From IMG/VR virus record IMGVR_UViG_3300044821_000131, positions 1-64,000 of that record: 64,000 bases of DNA, one strand, 5' to 3'. The notes beneath the pieces are model-generated. The model saw only the letters and a list, made by a program, of their open reading frames with translations, searched no databases and was not told the origin of the DNA. The translations under genes and the position numbers were made by a program. Below, one piece after another: positions 11,201 through 21,609 of this stretch (the first letter of the stretch is position 1; each line of letters begins with the position of its first letter).

Positions 11201-12044
11201 CAAAGTGTTGTTCGGAGATGCCCGTCGAAACGGCTGGAATTTGCTTCGACCTAATGCGCTACCGCACAAGATTGATGGATTCCGGGTATGGTTGAAAGAC
11301 GGACACTTAGTGTCGTGCGTAAAAGCGTTCGACAATAAGTTTTACGATGCTAGGAATTCGGCTGAGGATTGTGGCTTGGTCTACGACATTATCAACGCCG
11401 GACCCCGGCATCGGTTTACCTGTTCTGGCGTCTTAGTGTCCAATTCCATACCCTACGGTGCTACATCTACACTGTTGGAGCGCATGATCGAAGCAAATAC
11501 GGGCATCAAGCCGCCGGAAGGTACCGGCCAGAAAATGATCGATACGCACGCGCGGCGATATCCTGTAGCCACCAAATTCCAGAAATCTTTGGAAGATATG
11601 ATCCAAGACCCCGGCTATTATCGGTCGATTTCGGGCCGTGTGCGTCATTTCTTTTATACGAATCTCGGGGATCTGGACGGCTTGTCGGAATATACGTTGG
11701 AGGGGATATTGTCCCCGTTGAAGCGCCAAGCGCGTAATTTCCCCATGCAGAATTTGGTGGCGGATTCTACGGCTCGGGCGTTGATTCGATTCATCAAGGA
11801 ACGTCGTGAACGAGATTTCCATCGTTCCCGGGTCATGATGTTGTTGTACGACGCTATGACTGCGATTGCTCCGCTGGAGGCTTTGAAGAATACGGAGGAG
11901 TTGTTACGTAATTGTCTGACTATATGGTGCCCTTGGACAGTACACGGATCGACGTTTAACTTCGATGTCGACACCAGTATTGGATTTAGATGGGGTGTAA
12001 AACCTACAAAGAGAGAGAAGGAATTATTGAAAAAATATCTATGA
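8217..12044 (+). CDS. polA: Family A DNA polymerase with N-terminal uracil-DNA-glycosylase-like domain, 3'-5' exonuclease and intein
   Basis: UDG-like YYTAVCKY and KPKLIVCLGKLPF; exo IDAEW, GHNAHADM, FDTMFA, YSLRDVDCT; pol TETGR, DMDLKTAEV, KVGNF/SIPYG, ARNFPMQ, LLYDAM. Confidence 0.92.
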   Translation: MNKPTHPPIPPLLLDAEEQVSMPLMPMTDGGVTKKPSRMYPEVFGDMEPPKQLWRSRRIGDAMVTLPNQKKVKGVLHVCGRGSKTAQIMFISPSVFREEESITHTSEPSMLKGPAGNLFTRSLYRCGFKEEEWYYTAVCKYNVPKLKPTAQDLRWNEQILRDEIETIKPKLIVCLGKLPFDILFKTKFKLKDIQGGFFRSEEFNCMLYPMDTLLTPLMKPEYQERVIVDLKEIRRALNEIQGTTVVKVATSYSVIDTAEKLQNLMTDLGDEINADRLHAASIDAEWHGQTAWSGQLRSWQMAWKPGVAACVRLTSPVKGKSEYVMDQPLPVIREIIKPTMNNPKLKWIGHNAHADMAWMDQHLDLEVFGRFLFDTMFAQQLLNEYSDLKLERCSVQYTDLGRYDIDLLLWKKKHKFDEEDNEGYGLVPDEILIPYSLRDVDCTLRIYPALLKQLIQQNLSSYYFNYTLPFTTDGFYELMSTGLPIDSDYLDEMRETFTHHGGMLLDEFRKSVKREADTLLHTMLRDRSIRMGGTLEQGTNAFIEMFKLAKRGPEAEKELREHLQAFVEDSSDLAQMLPLYLHWRDCSTFNISSTDHLRRWLYDVKKFQPIKTTKKDGIQMAWDKVLNMPPDKQLQYTPAADKQTIKVFAAKDPMVAQIEELKSVQNITKIFLKGVDEKGREQGIHKWIQMDGRIHSNFAVTETGRPRSWRPNILNWPKAITKPIEKAFERINIAVIKQESAKLGTVAADKHVKALRLLADSHASEKDQSAAMTALVDAGYSSDAIDAFVRCVSLPVSLRSAARAPEGCAFIDMDLKTAEVVALGRLSGDENLIKVLTEPDTQFARIDKENAKKAVRICYNDNVELPEAELDTALLVALDDPRILRDASGNILHPLRDVHWEMAEETGGKPREKLDERLYRDGSGKVGNFCLLHSSRVLTLRGEIPIQDVKLTDLLWDGVDWVSHEGVVCNGLKQVYEYQGLWATDNHEVWTETGDKVLFGDARRNGWNLLRPNALPHKIDGFRVWLKDGHLVSCVKAFDNKFYDARNSAEDCGLVYDIINAGPRHRFTCSGVLVSNSIPYGATSTLLERMIEANTGIKPPEGTGQKMIDTHARRYPVATKFQKSLEDMIQDPGYYRSISGRVRHFFYTNLGDLDGLSEYTLEGILSPLKRQARNFPMQNLVADSTARALIRFIKERRERDFHRSRVMMLLYDAMTAIAPLEALKNTEELLRNCLTIWCPWTVHGSTFNFDVDTSIGFRWGVKPTKREKELLKKYL
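11004..11444 (+). mobile_element. Mini-intein (147 aa) in DNA polymerase motif B
   Basis: Starts CLLHSSRVLT, block B ATDNHEVW, ends VYDIINAGPRHRFTCSGVLVSN, +1 Ser; removal restores KVGNF-SIPYG; no endonuclease motifs. Confidence 0.9.
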
Positions 12045-12487
12045 GTGAACCTTTGGTTGCAAGTGGACAGTCCGCGGTGGCGCAGAGTATATGTTTTGAT
12101 CTGAATCTGCTGCTTGCTGGTCTTACTCACCAGGCCCAACATTGTGCTACCGATAGTAATTTTGTGACGCAGTTTTTGCCTCATTGCCACAATTTGATCG
12201 ATTCAATACGTGATGGTGTTGAGCAACTTACGAATGCCAAGTGTGGAAATGCCAAAATTTTTGTTGCGCTCGAAGGCGACATGGTGAAGATTGAAGGCAC
12301 GTCGTCAATAGATGTCATATTGGCGATTTTGAGTGGTGATGGAAAATACAAATTCAAATTGAACAGAGAAACGTTGGTTCCCTTGTCTGAGGAAGCTTTT
12401 TTACATTTCGTACACGATACTTTGGCTGAAGATCTTCAGCAAGGTAACGTCACGGAAACGCAGTTAAACCTAATCGAAAACAAATAA
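12041..12487 (+). CDS. Hypothetical protein
   Basis: ATG overlaps the polymerase stop (ATGA). Confidence 0.6.
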   Translation: MSEPLVASGQSAVAQSICFDLNLLLAGLTHQAQHCATDSNFVTQFLPHCHNLIDSIRDGVEQLTNAKCGNAKIFVALEGDMVKIEGTSSIDVILAILSGDGKYKFKLNRETLVPLSEEAFLHFVHDTLAEDLQQGNVTETQLNLIENK

Positions 12488-12489
12488 CT

Positions 12490-14004
12490 ATGCCTGCAAT
12501 AAAGAAATCGTTGGTTGGTGGCTCCGAAGGTGAGCCTGAGTTGAATTCCGCGCACCCGTTCTTCTTTCCTGATGTCAAAGCTCTGCAGCTGCTCAGCAAG
12601 AATACTTACGGTCTGCGTCTGCTTCCCGCTTACGACATGCACATGTTGGAAGCCGGGGACGAGAATTACAAGTTGAGTGTGGCCCCGTATCGTGACGTGG
12701 ATAAGATTGATCCAATGAGTGATCAGCCCAAGTTCACGGCTTGGTATTACGTTCTGAAGGCTTACAAGTTCGTCGGCAACGACTCACGGCATTTCGTGTC
12801 ACCGTTGACCGGGCATGCCAAGGATAACCGCGGCATCGATCCCCTGTTCGACATATTCTTCACGGCACGCAATAGCGGCAATCCGGACTGGACCTGCTTG
12901 GTGGCCAAGCCTGAAAAGGCGTCGGATGGCTATCAATCAGTTATCCCGCTGCCGAAACGTTGCGGCGTGGCTAATGCCTTGGTGAATATTGAGAAGACTC
13001 AATCCATCGAGAACCGCATCATTGTGTTCGGCAGTATGTGTCTTGACATGCTCAAGATGACGTTGAATACGATGCGCCCGGTGACTGTCGTTGAGCCTGT
13101 TGATCCGGATTGGCCGAACTATCTGTTTGGCGACGTAACCAGTCCTGCTCGTGGGTCTTGGGCCACCGTCAAGAAGACAATATTCAATACAGCTCAGATG
13201 GCCGACTCGGGAATGCACTTCTCGTCGAAACCCAACCAGTTGGTTGGGCATACGGCTTGGCCGATCGATACAGCCACGGAATGGGGTATCGCGGCACTTG
13301 CTGGTCGTTACAACATTGCGGATACCGAGAAGGTGACTCGGATCTGGACGGCCGAAGAGATCCTCGATTACATCGTATCCGACGGATTCATTCCATACGC
13401 ACTGATCGAGGAAGGCTGCAAGAAGCACTGGCATGTTCCTCCGGAGTCTGGCAACCCGACGTACTCGTTGCCTCCAGAATCGTCGGACGATGACGGTGGC
13501 CAGTTCGGACCAGTTCCTTCGGCTCCCGCTGCACCTGTAGCCCCAGCGGCTCCGGCAGCACCGGTAGCTGCGGCGGCACCAGTGGTTCCGCGTCCGTTTG
13601 TGGCACCGCCTCGTATCGCTGCGCCCGCAGCTCCTGCTTCGCAGACGCCTCCTGCACCGCGCGTCGCGCCGCCAGTGGCTCAAGGACATAATCCGTCAGT
13701 TCCGCGCACTGCGGCTCCGGGAGCGTTGCCTCCTCGGCCGGCGGCGCCGGCATCGGCTCCGAAGGCACCCGCAGCCCCGGGAGCGACTCCTCGTCCTCCG
13801 TCAACTCCGAAACCGGTGGTTGCGGCACCAGTTCCAGTACCTGTGGTTGCCAATACTCAGGCTCCGCTTACGGTGGAGGAGATTCAAGAGTTCAACACCT
13901 TGGCTGATGCCTTCAGTGCTGACCAGTCTTCGTTGACCAGTGATCAGATCCAGCGTTACGCGGCGCTTGGGGAGCGGGTGTCGGCGGCAGCTATACAGCA
14001 GTAA
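12490..14004 (+). CDS. Possible ssDNA-binding/recombination protein with long Pro/Ala-rich linker
   Basis: Lies between polA and recA-like; N-terminal LRLLP...WYYVLKAYKFVG loosely resembles gp32-type SSBs; low-complexity PAAP tract in the C-terminal third. Confidence 0.4.
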   Translation: MPAIKKSLVGGSEGEPELNSAHPFFFPDVKALQLLSKNTYGLRLLPAYDMHMLEAGDENYKLSVAPYRDVDKIDPMSDQPKFTAWYYVLKAYKFVGNDSRHFVSPLTGHAKDNRGIDPLFDIFFTARNSGNPDWTCLVAKPEKASDGYQSVIPLPKRCGVANALVNIEKTQSIENRIIVFGSMCLDMLKMTLNTMRPVTVVEPVDPDWPNYLFGDVTSPARGSWATVKKTIFNTAQMADSGMHFSSKPNQLVGHTAWPIDTATEWGIAALAGRYNIADTEKVTRIWTAEEILDYIVSDGFIPYALIEEGCKKHWHVPPESGNPTYSLPPESSDDDGGQFGPVPSAPAAPVAPAAPAAPVAAAAPVVPRPFVAPPRIAAPAAPASQTPPAPRVAPPVAQGHNPSVPRTAAPGALPPRPAAPASAPKAPAAPGATPRPPSTPKPVVAAPVPVPVVANTQAPLTVEEIQEFNTLADAFSADQSSLTSDQIQRYAALGERVSAAAIQQ

Positions 14005-14017
14005 GTTGGTTTAACCG

Positions 14018-14047
14018 GAGGCGCGTCGTCTGATGGCGACGCGCCTC
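14018..14047 (+). terminator. GC-rich hairpin after the 12490-14004 gene
   Basis: gaggcgcgtcgtc-tgat-ggcgacgcgcctc inverted repeat; weak U-tract. Confidence 0.55.
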
Positions 14048-14054
14048 ATTCTAT

Positions 14055-15527
14055 TTGAAAGGAAGCTTTGTGGGACGAAAGAAAACAGAAAAGACGAATC
14101 CGTTCGCGGGACCCAAGTCCTTTAACATCTTGGAAGACGGCGCCAATCTCGTGAGTGCAGTTCGAGAAACCTTAGCCCGTACCGAGGCCGATGTAATGCT
14201 TGCTGGGGATCCCAACAAGCCCAAGCTCATTCTCCCGGTACCGTCGTTCGCGTTCTGCACCGCCATCAAGGCCCGTGGTTTGGTGGCAGGTACAATCGTG
14301 GATATTATCGGTGCCGACGGTATCGGCAAAACCAGTCTCATGTTCACCATTATGGGCTGGGCGATGGCGGCCAATGGACCGTGCATGTATGTGGAGACCG
14401 AAGGCAAGCCGCTGGATCAGACTCGTATCGAAGCTTGTCTTCATACGGATCGTTCGATTGCCGGTAAGATGTACAAGGCGATCTACATGACACCTGCTCG
14501 CGAATTGCGTGAGGCTGTCAACAAAATCGAAGAGTGGCTTATTTCGATCCGCGCGCCAGGTACAGTCATACCTCCCACTGCCACTGCAGTCATCGGGCTC
14601 GACACGTTTAGCAAGTTGATGTCTCCCTCTGAGGCCGCAGGTTTTTCGGCTTACGACAGTGCGGGGGACAAGGAAAAGAAGAAACAGGAAGACAAGAAGA
14701 AGGCGTTCAAGGCTGCTAAGAAGGGCGTTGAACCCGAGAAGATCAAACAGAAGGAAGCTGAACCGGACGAGTCCAAAGAACTGGGTTCTGGCAGCAACTT
14801 CGGTCATGCCAAACTGTCGCAGGAATGGACTCGGCGTCTGCCCTATTATCTGTCCAAGTACAATGCTATTCTCATCTTGAACCGGCATCAAAACGACAAG
14901 ATCGACATGGGCGGTGGTGGAGGTGTGTTCCTGTCGGCGGAGGCCAAAGATGCGTTTAATCGTACTTCTATTGGTGGCCGGGCTTGGTTGCAGAGTGCGG
15001 CTTACGAATTCATTCTTTCTCGGAAAGACTTTGTTCGCGCGACTGTTTCAGGTATCAGCGTCAAGTTGGCCGCCAATATCAAGATGTCGGTTGCCAAGAA
15101 TGGCTGGGGTCCGTTGCAGGATGGTATGTATCGGCTTTCCTTAATGCCGCGGCGTAATACGGAGAGTCAGTACGAGCCGGTGATTGACTTTGATCCATTC
15201 CTTCCGGATATTTTGAAGGATCACAAGTTGATGAAGTTATCCATGAAGAACGCCAACACGGTGGTATGTTCGGATTTCAACGAGCAGGGCAGAGCCGAGG
15301 AGTACGATCTGTACACGTTTTGCTCTATGTTCTATCAACGTCCGGCATTGGTCGAAGATCTTGGCCGGCGTCTCGGTTTTGCTCACTACGACGATCGTAG
15401 TATTTTCCCCAAGTTTATGACTGTACCCGTACCGACGATTGATACTCCATCGTCCGAGGAGTCTGTGGAAGCTCCAGTTTCGTCCGAGGATACAGCTAGT
15501 GTAGCAGTTGCTTCAGATCCAGCATGA
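14055..15527 (+). CDS. RecA/UvsX-like recombinase (start may be GTG 14070)
   Basis: Walker [14 protein letters not shown], Walker [24 protein letters not shown] motif, VAKN. Confidence 0.8.
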   Translation: MKGSFVGRKKTEKTNPFAGPKSFNILEDGANLVSAVRETLARTEADVMLAGDPNKPKLILPVPSFAFCTAIKARGLVAGTIVDIIGADGIGKTSLMFTIMGWAMAANGPCMYVETEGKPLDQTRIEACLHTDRSIAGKMYKAIYMTPARELREAVNKIEEWLISIRAPGTVIPPTATAVIGLDTFSKLMSPSEAAGFSAYDSAGDKEKKKQEDKKKAFKAAKKGVEPEKIKQKEAEPDESKELGSGSNFGHAKLSQEWTRRLPYYLSKYNAILILNRHQNDKIDMGGGGGVFLSAEAKDAFNRTSIGGRAWLQSAAYEFILSRKDFVRATVSGISVKLAANIKMSVAKNGWGPLQDGMYRLSLMPRRNTESQYEPVIDFDPFLPDILKDHKLMKLSMKNANTVVCSDFNEQGRAEEYDLYTFCSMFYQRPALVEDLGRRLGFAHYDDRSIFPKFMTVPVPTIDTPSSEESVEAPVSSEDTASVAVASDPA

Positions 15528-16768
15528 ACATTAACCGGTTACAGTTCAGACAAGCTTTGGCCTCGCTGGCGGGCCGCCCATTCCGTTCGATCGTCTGGCC
15601 ATCCAAGAGCGATGGTGATTTAACTGATGATTTTCGGAGTTGGGCTGAGACGGTTGAGGTATCGTATCCAGTTCTAACGGACAGTATATTTGTAATGTCG
15701 GAGCGTTTGCCTATTCTGAATGACATACAACGGAAGCAGCGCTCAGTTTTGGTACAACTCCTCCTGGATAGAAACGATGAGACCGCATTGGTCGTAGATT
15801 CGTTTCTTGGAGGAAAGGACTCTCTCTTCTTGGCTCAGCTGTTCGAGAATCGAACTACGGCTGAGGAGTGGGTGTCCAGCATGTGCCCGGCACGTATGTC
15901 ATTAACCATTCGTCCTATCGACAATCAACACAAGATCATGATCGCATCTCTTGGTAGTTATGTCTCCGTCGGCGGCAGTTGACTAACTGCCTTCTTTTTC
16001 CTCATGGCATAAGACTTGATTTTATCTTTGAGGATTTAGACGGTTGTCTCTACTGCAATTTTAAAGGTCCTTTGGAAGAGCACATTCCGTGCTCCCTGAT
16101 TCGTCAGCCCGCATGGCTGATGGAACGCGTCAGTCGTCTTGCCGGAGCGGATGACCTATATGACGGCCTCTGTGCAGTTGCCGTGGTCTCATCAGCCCGG
16201 GTAGCAGTTATTTTTGAAAAGCATCATTTGGCGGCTCAGATATTTGATCACAAAAGTTTGGCCGCCGGTCTGCGTGTGGCTTGGATTAGTTTAAGCGACT
16301 ATGAAAAAATCGTACATTTTGAGGTCTGACTTCTGTGCCCCGTCGTTGGTGTGGCGCGCAGGAGATGTTTTGGTGAGTGCTGGCGAAGGTTCTACTTTTG
16401 ACCTCCTGAGTGTACATCCTGAAGGTCACCCTTTGCCGTTCACCTTGGTGCCCCGGGATAAGCTTCTCGACATGTCACGTTTTCTTAAGCAGCAGCCCAG
16501 TAAGAATTTCTGGGGCTTACGACGACTCAACGTGTTAAGCTTAAACTACAACGTTGAGTATTTGGAGAATGCGACTACGGAGTCGTGGGGGAATTTGCCG
16601 TTTAGATTTGAGAGTCTCGGTGAGTTGGTTTATTACTGCAAGCTGCACTCGCTGATAACCAGCAGTTATTGGGTCGTTCATTTCGAGTATCTGCCCGACT
16701 TGGTGACGGCGCACTCGATAAAATTGTTTCAACGTAACCGGATCGAAAACACAAAAGAAAATATATGA
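15524..16768 (+). CDS. Three hypothetical ORFs (15524-15982, 15979-16329, 16301-16768)
   Basis: Overlapping stop/start chain between recA-like and recQ. Confidence 0.6.
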
Positions 16769-18456
16769 CAATTGCACAAGAGACAACAGTGGAACGACTA
16801 CCCGAGGTAACAGACCGCAAACACCCGGTACAGAACGATGCCTTCTTGCGAGGTATCAAGAACATGCCCAAGGCTTTGTCTCTCATGGGTTACCAAGAAT
16901 TGCGCAAGGGTCAAGACCGTGCAGTGTACAACCTGTTATCACATCGAGACACTTTGGCCATCTTACCTACTTCTGGTGGTAAGACTGCCATTTACGTCTT
17001 GCCGACGATCTGCATGGACTGGAAGTGTCTAATCTTCAGCCCTTTGGTTTCCTTAATGCAGGATCAGGTGATGGGACTACAGCGTTCAGGTTTATCGGCC
17101 GGGCAGGTGAGCAGTGGTCAGACACCGACGGAGAACATGATGGCGCTGAAAATGTGGGAGATGGGAGAGTTGCAGTTTCTGCTGGTGGCCCCGGAACGTC
17201 TTGAGAGTGCTGAGTTTCTTAAGGCTATGCAGCTCACACGTCCGAATATGGTGTGTCTCGACGAAGCCCACTGCGTTTCTCAATGGGCAGACAGCTTTCG
17301 TCCCGCGTATTGTAAAATAGGTAACTTCATTGCCTTATCGAATCCGGATGTGGTGCTGGCCATCACGGCTACAGCTACTGTGGAGGTGGAGACAGACATT
17401 CGTCGTGTACTAGGCATCAGTGGTGCCGCGCGCGTCGTCTATCTTCCCCGGCGTGAGAATTTGGTGTTCAAGAGTCGGGAGTTTAAGAATGACGATCAGG
17501 TGTTGATGTTCATTGAGAACGCCACCGGTCCTACAATCGTTTACTGTGCTACTCGCAAACGTACCGAGGATTTATTCAATCAGTTTCGTGACGAGATAAC
17601 AGGTGGTTGTTTAGTATATCATGGCGGCATGACACCGGACGCAAGGTTTAGTGCCCAACAGATGTTCATGACGAACCAGACTCGGGTTATGTTCGCGACC
17701 AACGCTTTCGGACTTGGTATCAATAAGCCGGACGTTCGAGCGGTGATTCATCGGGACGCGCCTAACAGTATTGAGGCGTACATCCAAGAAAGTGGCCGCG
17801 CCGGGCGTGATGGCGAGAAGTCGGATTGTGTGTTGCTGTTGGACGAGTCGGCTTTCAGTACACATTCCTATTTCATCAAGTCTACCTATCCTGAGCGGGG
17901 AATAATTGATAAGGTTTATTATCTGATCAAGACCAGCGTGGATAGTTCCGGGCAGCTGTTGATGACTGGCGCCGACATGGCATCCCGGCTGTCGTTACAG
18001 GAGCAAGTGGTCAACTCGGCGCTAGGTATTCTTAAATCGTCTGGTGTGATAGATCGGACGGATGAGCAAAGTCGTCCGGTGACCATTCAGATAATTCAGG
18101 ATCCTACGGATGAGAAGTTTCTCAAGTTGGTGGAAGACGTGAGGAAGTATGGGCTTTTGTTGCCGAATGGAAATTTTGAGGTCAGCATGGAACTGTTGCT
18201 GGCGCAGACCAACCGTAAACAGAAGACCACGGAAACGCACTTCAAGAAATTGGAACAGGATGGGTTTATCATTTACACACGTCCGTTCCGCGGTAAGACC
18301 ACGAGTTTGAAAGGGGACCTCAGTTTGGTTGATTTTGAACGGATTAAGGTTCGTCGGAATGAGGCTTACGAAAAGCTTGACTGTCTTCGGGAGTTCCATA
18401 ATGTTCCTGATCAGGATAAACATGAGTACCTGCAGAATTACTTTGGTGTAAAATGA
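16765..18456 (+). CDS. recQ: RecQ-family DNA helicase
   Basis: PTSGGKT, SPLVSLMQDQV, APERL, DEAHCVSQW-DSFRPAY, TATAT, ATNAFGLGINKPDVR, QESGRAGRDG; no HRDC domain seen. Confidence 0.93.
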   Translation: MTIAQETTVERLPEVTDRKHPVQNDAFLRGIKNMPKALSLMGYQELRKGQDRAVYNLLSHRDTLAILPTSGGKTAIYVLPTICMDWKCLIFSPLVSLMQDQVMGLQRSGLSAGQVSSGQTPTENMMALKMWEMGELQFLLVAPERLESAEFLKAMQLTRPNMVCLDEAHCVSQWADSFRPAYCKIGNFIALSNPDVVLAITATATVEVETDIRRVLGISGAARVVYLPRRENLVFKSREFKNDDQVLMFIENATGPTIVYCATRKRTEDLFNQFRDEITGGCLVYHGGMTPDARFSAQQMFMTNQTRVMFATNAFGLGINKPDVRAVIHRDAPNSIEAYIQESGRAGRDGEKSDCVLLLDESAFSTHSYFIKSTYPERGIIDKVYYLIKTSVDSSGQLLMTGADMASRLSLQEQVVNSALGILKSSGVIDRTDEQSRPVTIQIIQDPTDEKFLKLVEDVRKYGLLLPNGNFEVSMELLLAQTNRKQKTTETHFKKLEQDGFIIYTRPFRGKTTSLKGDLSLVDFERIKVRRNEAYEKLDCLREFHNVPDQDKHEYLQNYFGVK

Positions 18457-18875
18457 GTCTGTACCAAGCACTCGGGGTTTTGGAACAGATGCCGGAGGCT
18501 CCGGTCTTTAAGCCGCGTTCGTTTGAGCCTCCGCCTGGTCATTGTCCTTGTGCTTGCGGTAAGAAGTTTATTGCTCTGAGTGCGATTAAGTTTCACAACA
18601 CCAAATTGATTCAGGGTGTGACCGATTCTATTTGTGATGATTGCGAGCGTAACGTTAAGAATTTCGCAATTGTTGTGTGTATTAAATGTAAGAGCGTGGT
18701 GGCACGCATGCAGCCGAATGTGTTTCGCACCGGTTTTGTTGTCCGTGCTGGCGAGTATTATCACACTAATGCTTGTCCGAATTGTGTAAAAAATCTGAAC
18801 TCGTCCATTCTGATCGAGAAATATTTCTACGAGAAAGAGAACGGGTTCGCAGTAAAGGAATTAAAATGTTATTGA
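18453..18875 (+). CDS. Cys-rich putative Zn-binding protein
   Basis: CPCACG, CDDC, CIKC, CPNC. Confidence 0.6.
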   Translation: MSLYQALGVLEQMPEAPVFKPRSFEPPPGHCPCACGKKFIALSAIKFHNTKLIQGVTDSICDDCERNVKNFAIVVCIKCKSVVARMQPNVFRTGFVVRAGEYYHTNACPNCVKNLNSSILIEKYFYEKENGFAVKELKCY

Positions 18876-21546
18876 CGCTAGTTTTTGGCAGTGTCTGTCT
18901 CGTTTCTGGTGTGGTTGTAGGGGTGGCCCTCAGCGACCGTGGTATTCTCACTCTGGCTGATCTTCAGGCCTGTGCTGATAAATTGATCGCCGGTGGTCGT
19001 GTTCTCACGCGGCGCGACCTTGTTGCGTCTGCATCTCAATCTGCTTAACCTCGGTTAACAAAATATCTTTATTATGACTGAAACAACTGAACTTTTGAAC
19101 AAAGGCTCCTTGACTGATAAAGTTGAACTGCCTGAACCTCGCATTGCCACTGAAGTGGTCGAACGTATTACCGCGCCCCAACGTCATCCGGGTTATGACG
19201 AAACGCGAAAAGCTACTCTGTACTACATCTCGTATGTGACTACGGGGGGCACGGCGGTCACGAAGGAATGCACCAAAGAGGTGGCGGACTGGAACCTTCA
19301 ATCCCAGCCCGAGTATGATGTCCATGCCGCGTTCATTCTGAACATCAATCTCGACAACCAGCAAGTTATCGGCGTTGTGCGCAAGCCACATCTGCGGAAC
19401 GGCCCACTGTCCACACGGCTCAACATTGATCCGAACTTCCTTATTCTGCAGAAATCCGGCAACAATTACGAGCCGATCAATCTGCCGCTTCGGTTCTCCT
19501 CGCCGGTTTTGCAGGAGGCGATCCAGGCGTTGAACGCCGCTGGGCACGTGCGTCCTGGGAACAAACTCGGCAAGTTTGTGGTCAAGAATGTACTGGCCTC
19601 GGAAGTCGAGGACGCGGACTTGGTGGTGCTCGACATCTTGCCCGACTGAGTGTAATGCCGGTCTGTTCTGTGTTATATATATTTGAGCAGTCGTACTGCT
19701 TAAAATAACTATGAACACCGACAAATTAGTTTACGGGGCAGATCTGCCAGACGAGGATACTTTAGCACTGTATTCGGACACCTCGGCAGATCTGCCTTTT
19801 TCGTTTCCAAACGGGGACGCCGACCCAGATCTTTGTTACGCGGCCATGGGTTGTATTCGTTATGCTTCCCACTATACGCTGCTGCGTGGACAGGTTCTTC
19901 CGTTCTGCAACCCTGTTCGTGGTACCTACAATAATACCTTGGAGTTTCTGTTGTATTTACTGGTAGCGAAGGTTCGCTTTGTGGAGCGTGATCGCGGCGC
20001 CCTGTATCGTTTCGAGATTATGTGTGCCGGCAAGCCCGGTTTTGGTAACACTCAGCTGCATGTGGAGGCGGGCATTCATTCGTTTCGGGCGGAATCAACC
20101 CTTGGTTTTCTTGGCCGGAATTACAGTCTGCTTAGTCCTGTGGATCGCACAGATGTTCACTCGATGGTCGTGGCCGACGGCTATTCATCGACGCCGGGTG
20201 GCTTGTTTGAACGTCGTTCGGATGGCCAACTGCCTTTCACACCTCGGTTCTACGTTCCGACACAGGGCGAAGGTAAGAAGTATTTCGACGTTGAATCCCG
20301 GCAATGGATCACCCTGACTGAACTGGTGGACGGTCCGTTATTCTTACCGTTCCCTGATCCTTCAGAACCTATGCCAGTTGAGCGTCTGACTACTCGATTG
20401 GCAACTCGCTTCAAATGGGGAACGTATATATATATTGGTACGGACACCATGTCTCCCCCTACGGTAGATCATGTGGACAAGCAGCACGAGATCATCAAGT
20501 TGCTGGAAACGCGGCAGGATACCTCGTTGGGATTTGACCGGCAATGTGAGATGGGCATACGCCCTGGTATTTGTCGGTTACCTCGAGCGCCGTCTTCGCT
20601 TTCGCTTCGAATGCGCGGACTGCGACAAGTTCTCAACGCAAACGGATTGTACAAGCTTCAAAAACAGTGCTTGGCACTGTAGTAACACGAAGGGACCTTG
20701 TGGTCTCTTCTTTATGTATCGGTTGTTGAATTTAAAAACTGTGGAAACTATGACTGAAAAATTCGGGTCTGAACTTACTCCGGTAACCGTGATCCCTACG
20801 GTGCACATTATCGTTCGGGACAAGGATGCTATTCGCGCTATGATTGGTGGTGACTGCCCGGCGCTCGCCCAGTTGTTACATCACGCTTCCGAACATTTCG
20901 GATCGATGGTGACGCGGCGATCTGACGTTCTGACGCCCTTGGGTCAGGACATTTACGACATATCCTACGATTACCTCATGATGGTGCGCGGGGCACTGAC
21001 GTTCTTGTCTCTGGACGCGATACTGAAATTGGAAGAATCTTATCCGTCTACTCTTAAATACTCGGTCGTAGTTACCCGATGAATTCGGATGCCGACGAGG
21101 CCTTTCTCGCCACTGGAGATTGGTTGTTTCAAGAGGAAAAAAAGATTATCCGGAAGTGGGGTCGTGTGAAGGATCCTGCAAAGCTTCCGGATTCCGAGCG
21201 TCGTAAAATATTACACATACTTGCTCGCATGCATCAATGGTATCGGGACTATCATCGGGAGTGCGAGTAGTTATTTAATTGTTGACGGGCGTCTCTCGTG
21301 TTTGTAATCTCTTCATGAAATTTGAACCGATTACAAATTATGAGCACTCCAAATGTTGACGAAGCCGCCCTGTTACGCGCAAACCTTCTCGGGTTCATGA
21401 CTCAGGTCAAATACGCCACCGGCGCCACTGATGCTGAACTCCCGGCCTTGTACAAAAAGGCCACGGATTATCAGAACCAGGTGATGACCAAACGGGCAAA
21501 AGTTCGGGACTTGATTCTGGCCCAGATCGCCCCGGCGGCGGCCTGA
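18866..21546 (+). CDS. Run of hypothetical ORFs (18866-19048, 19074-19649, 19711-20682, about 20714-21082, 21079-21270, 21340-21546)
   Basis: Co-oriented ORFs with AT-rich leaders; 18866 has one hydrophobic segment. Confidence 0.55.
21282..21310 (+). promoter_or_regulatory. Sigma70-like promoter
   Basis: TTGACG-N17-TAATCT upstream of ATG 21340. Confidence 0.5.
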
Positions 21547-21568
21547 AGTTTTTAGTTGCGCTTTCGCT

Positions 21569-21602
21569 TTGGGACCAGTAGACCTATGTCTGCTGGTCCC
21601 AA
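21569..21602 (+). terminator. Hairpin
   Basis: ttgggaccagtagac-ctat-gtctgctggtcccaa, between the 21340 and 21610 genes. Confidence 0.5.
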
Positions 21603-21609
21603 TTATTTT

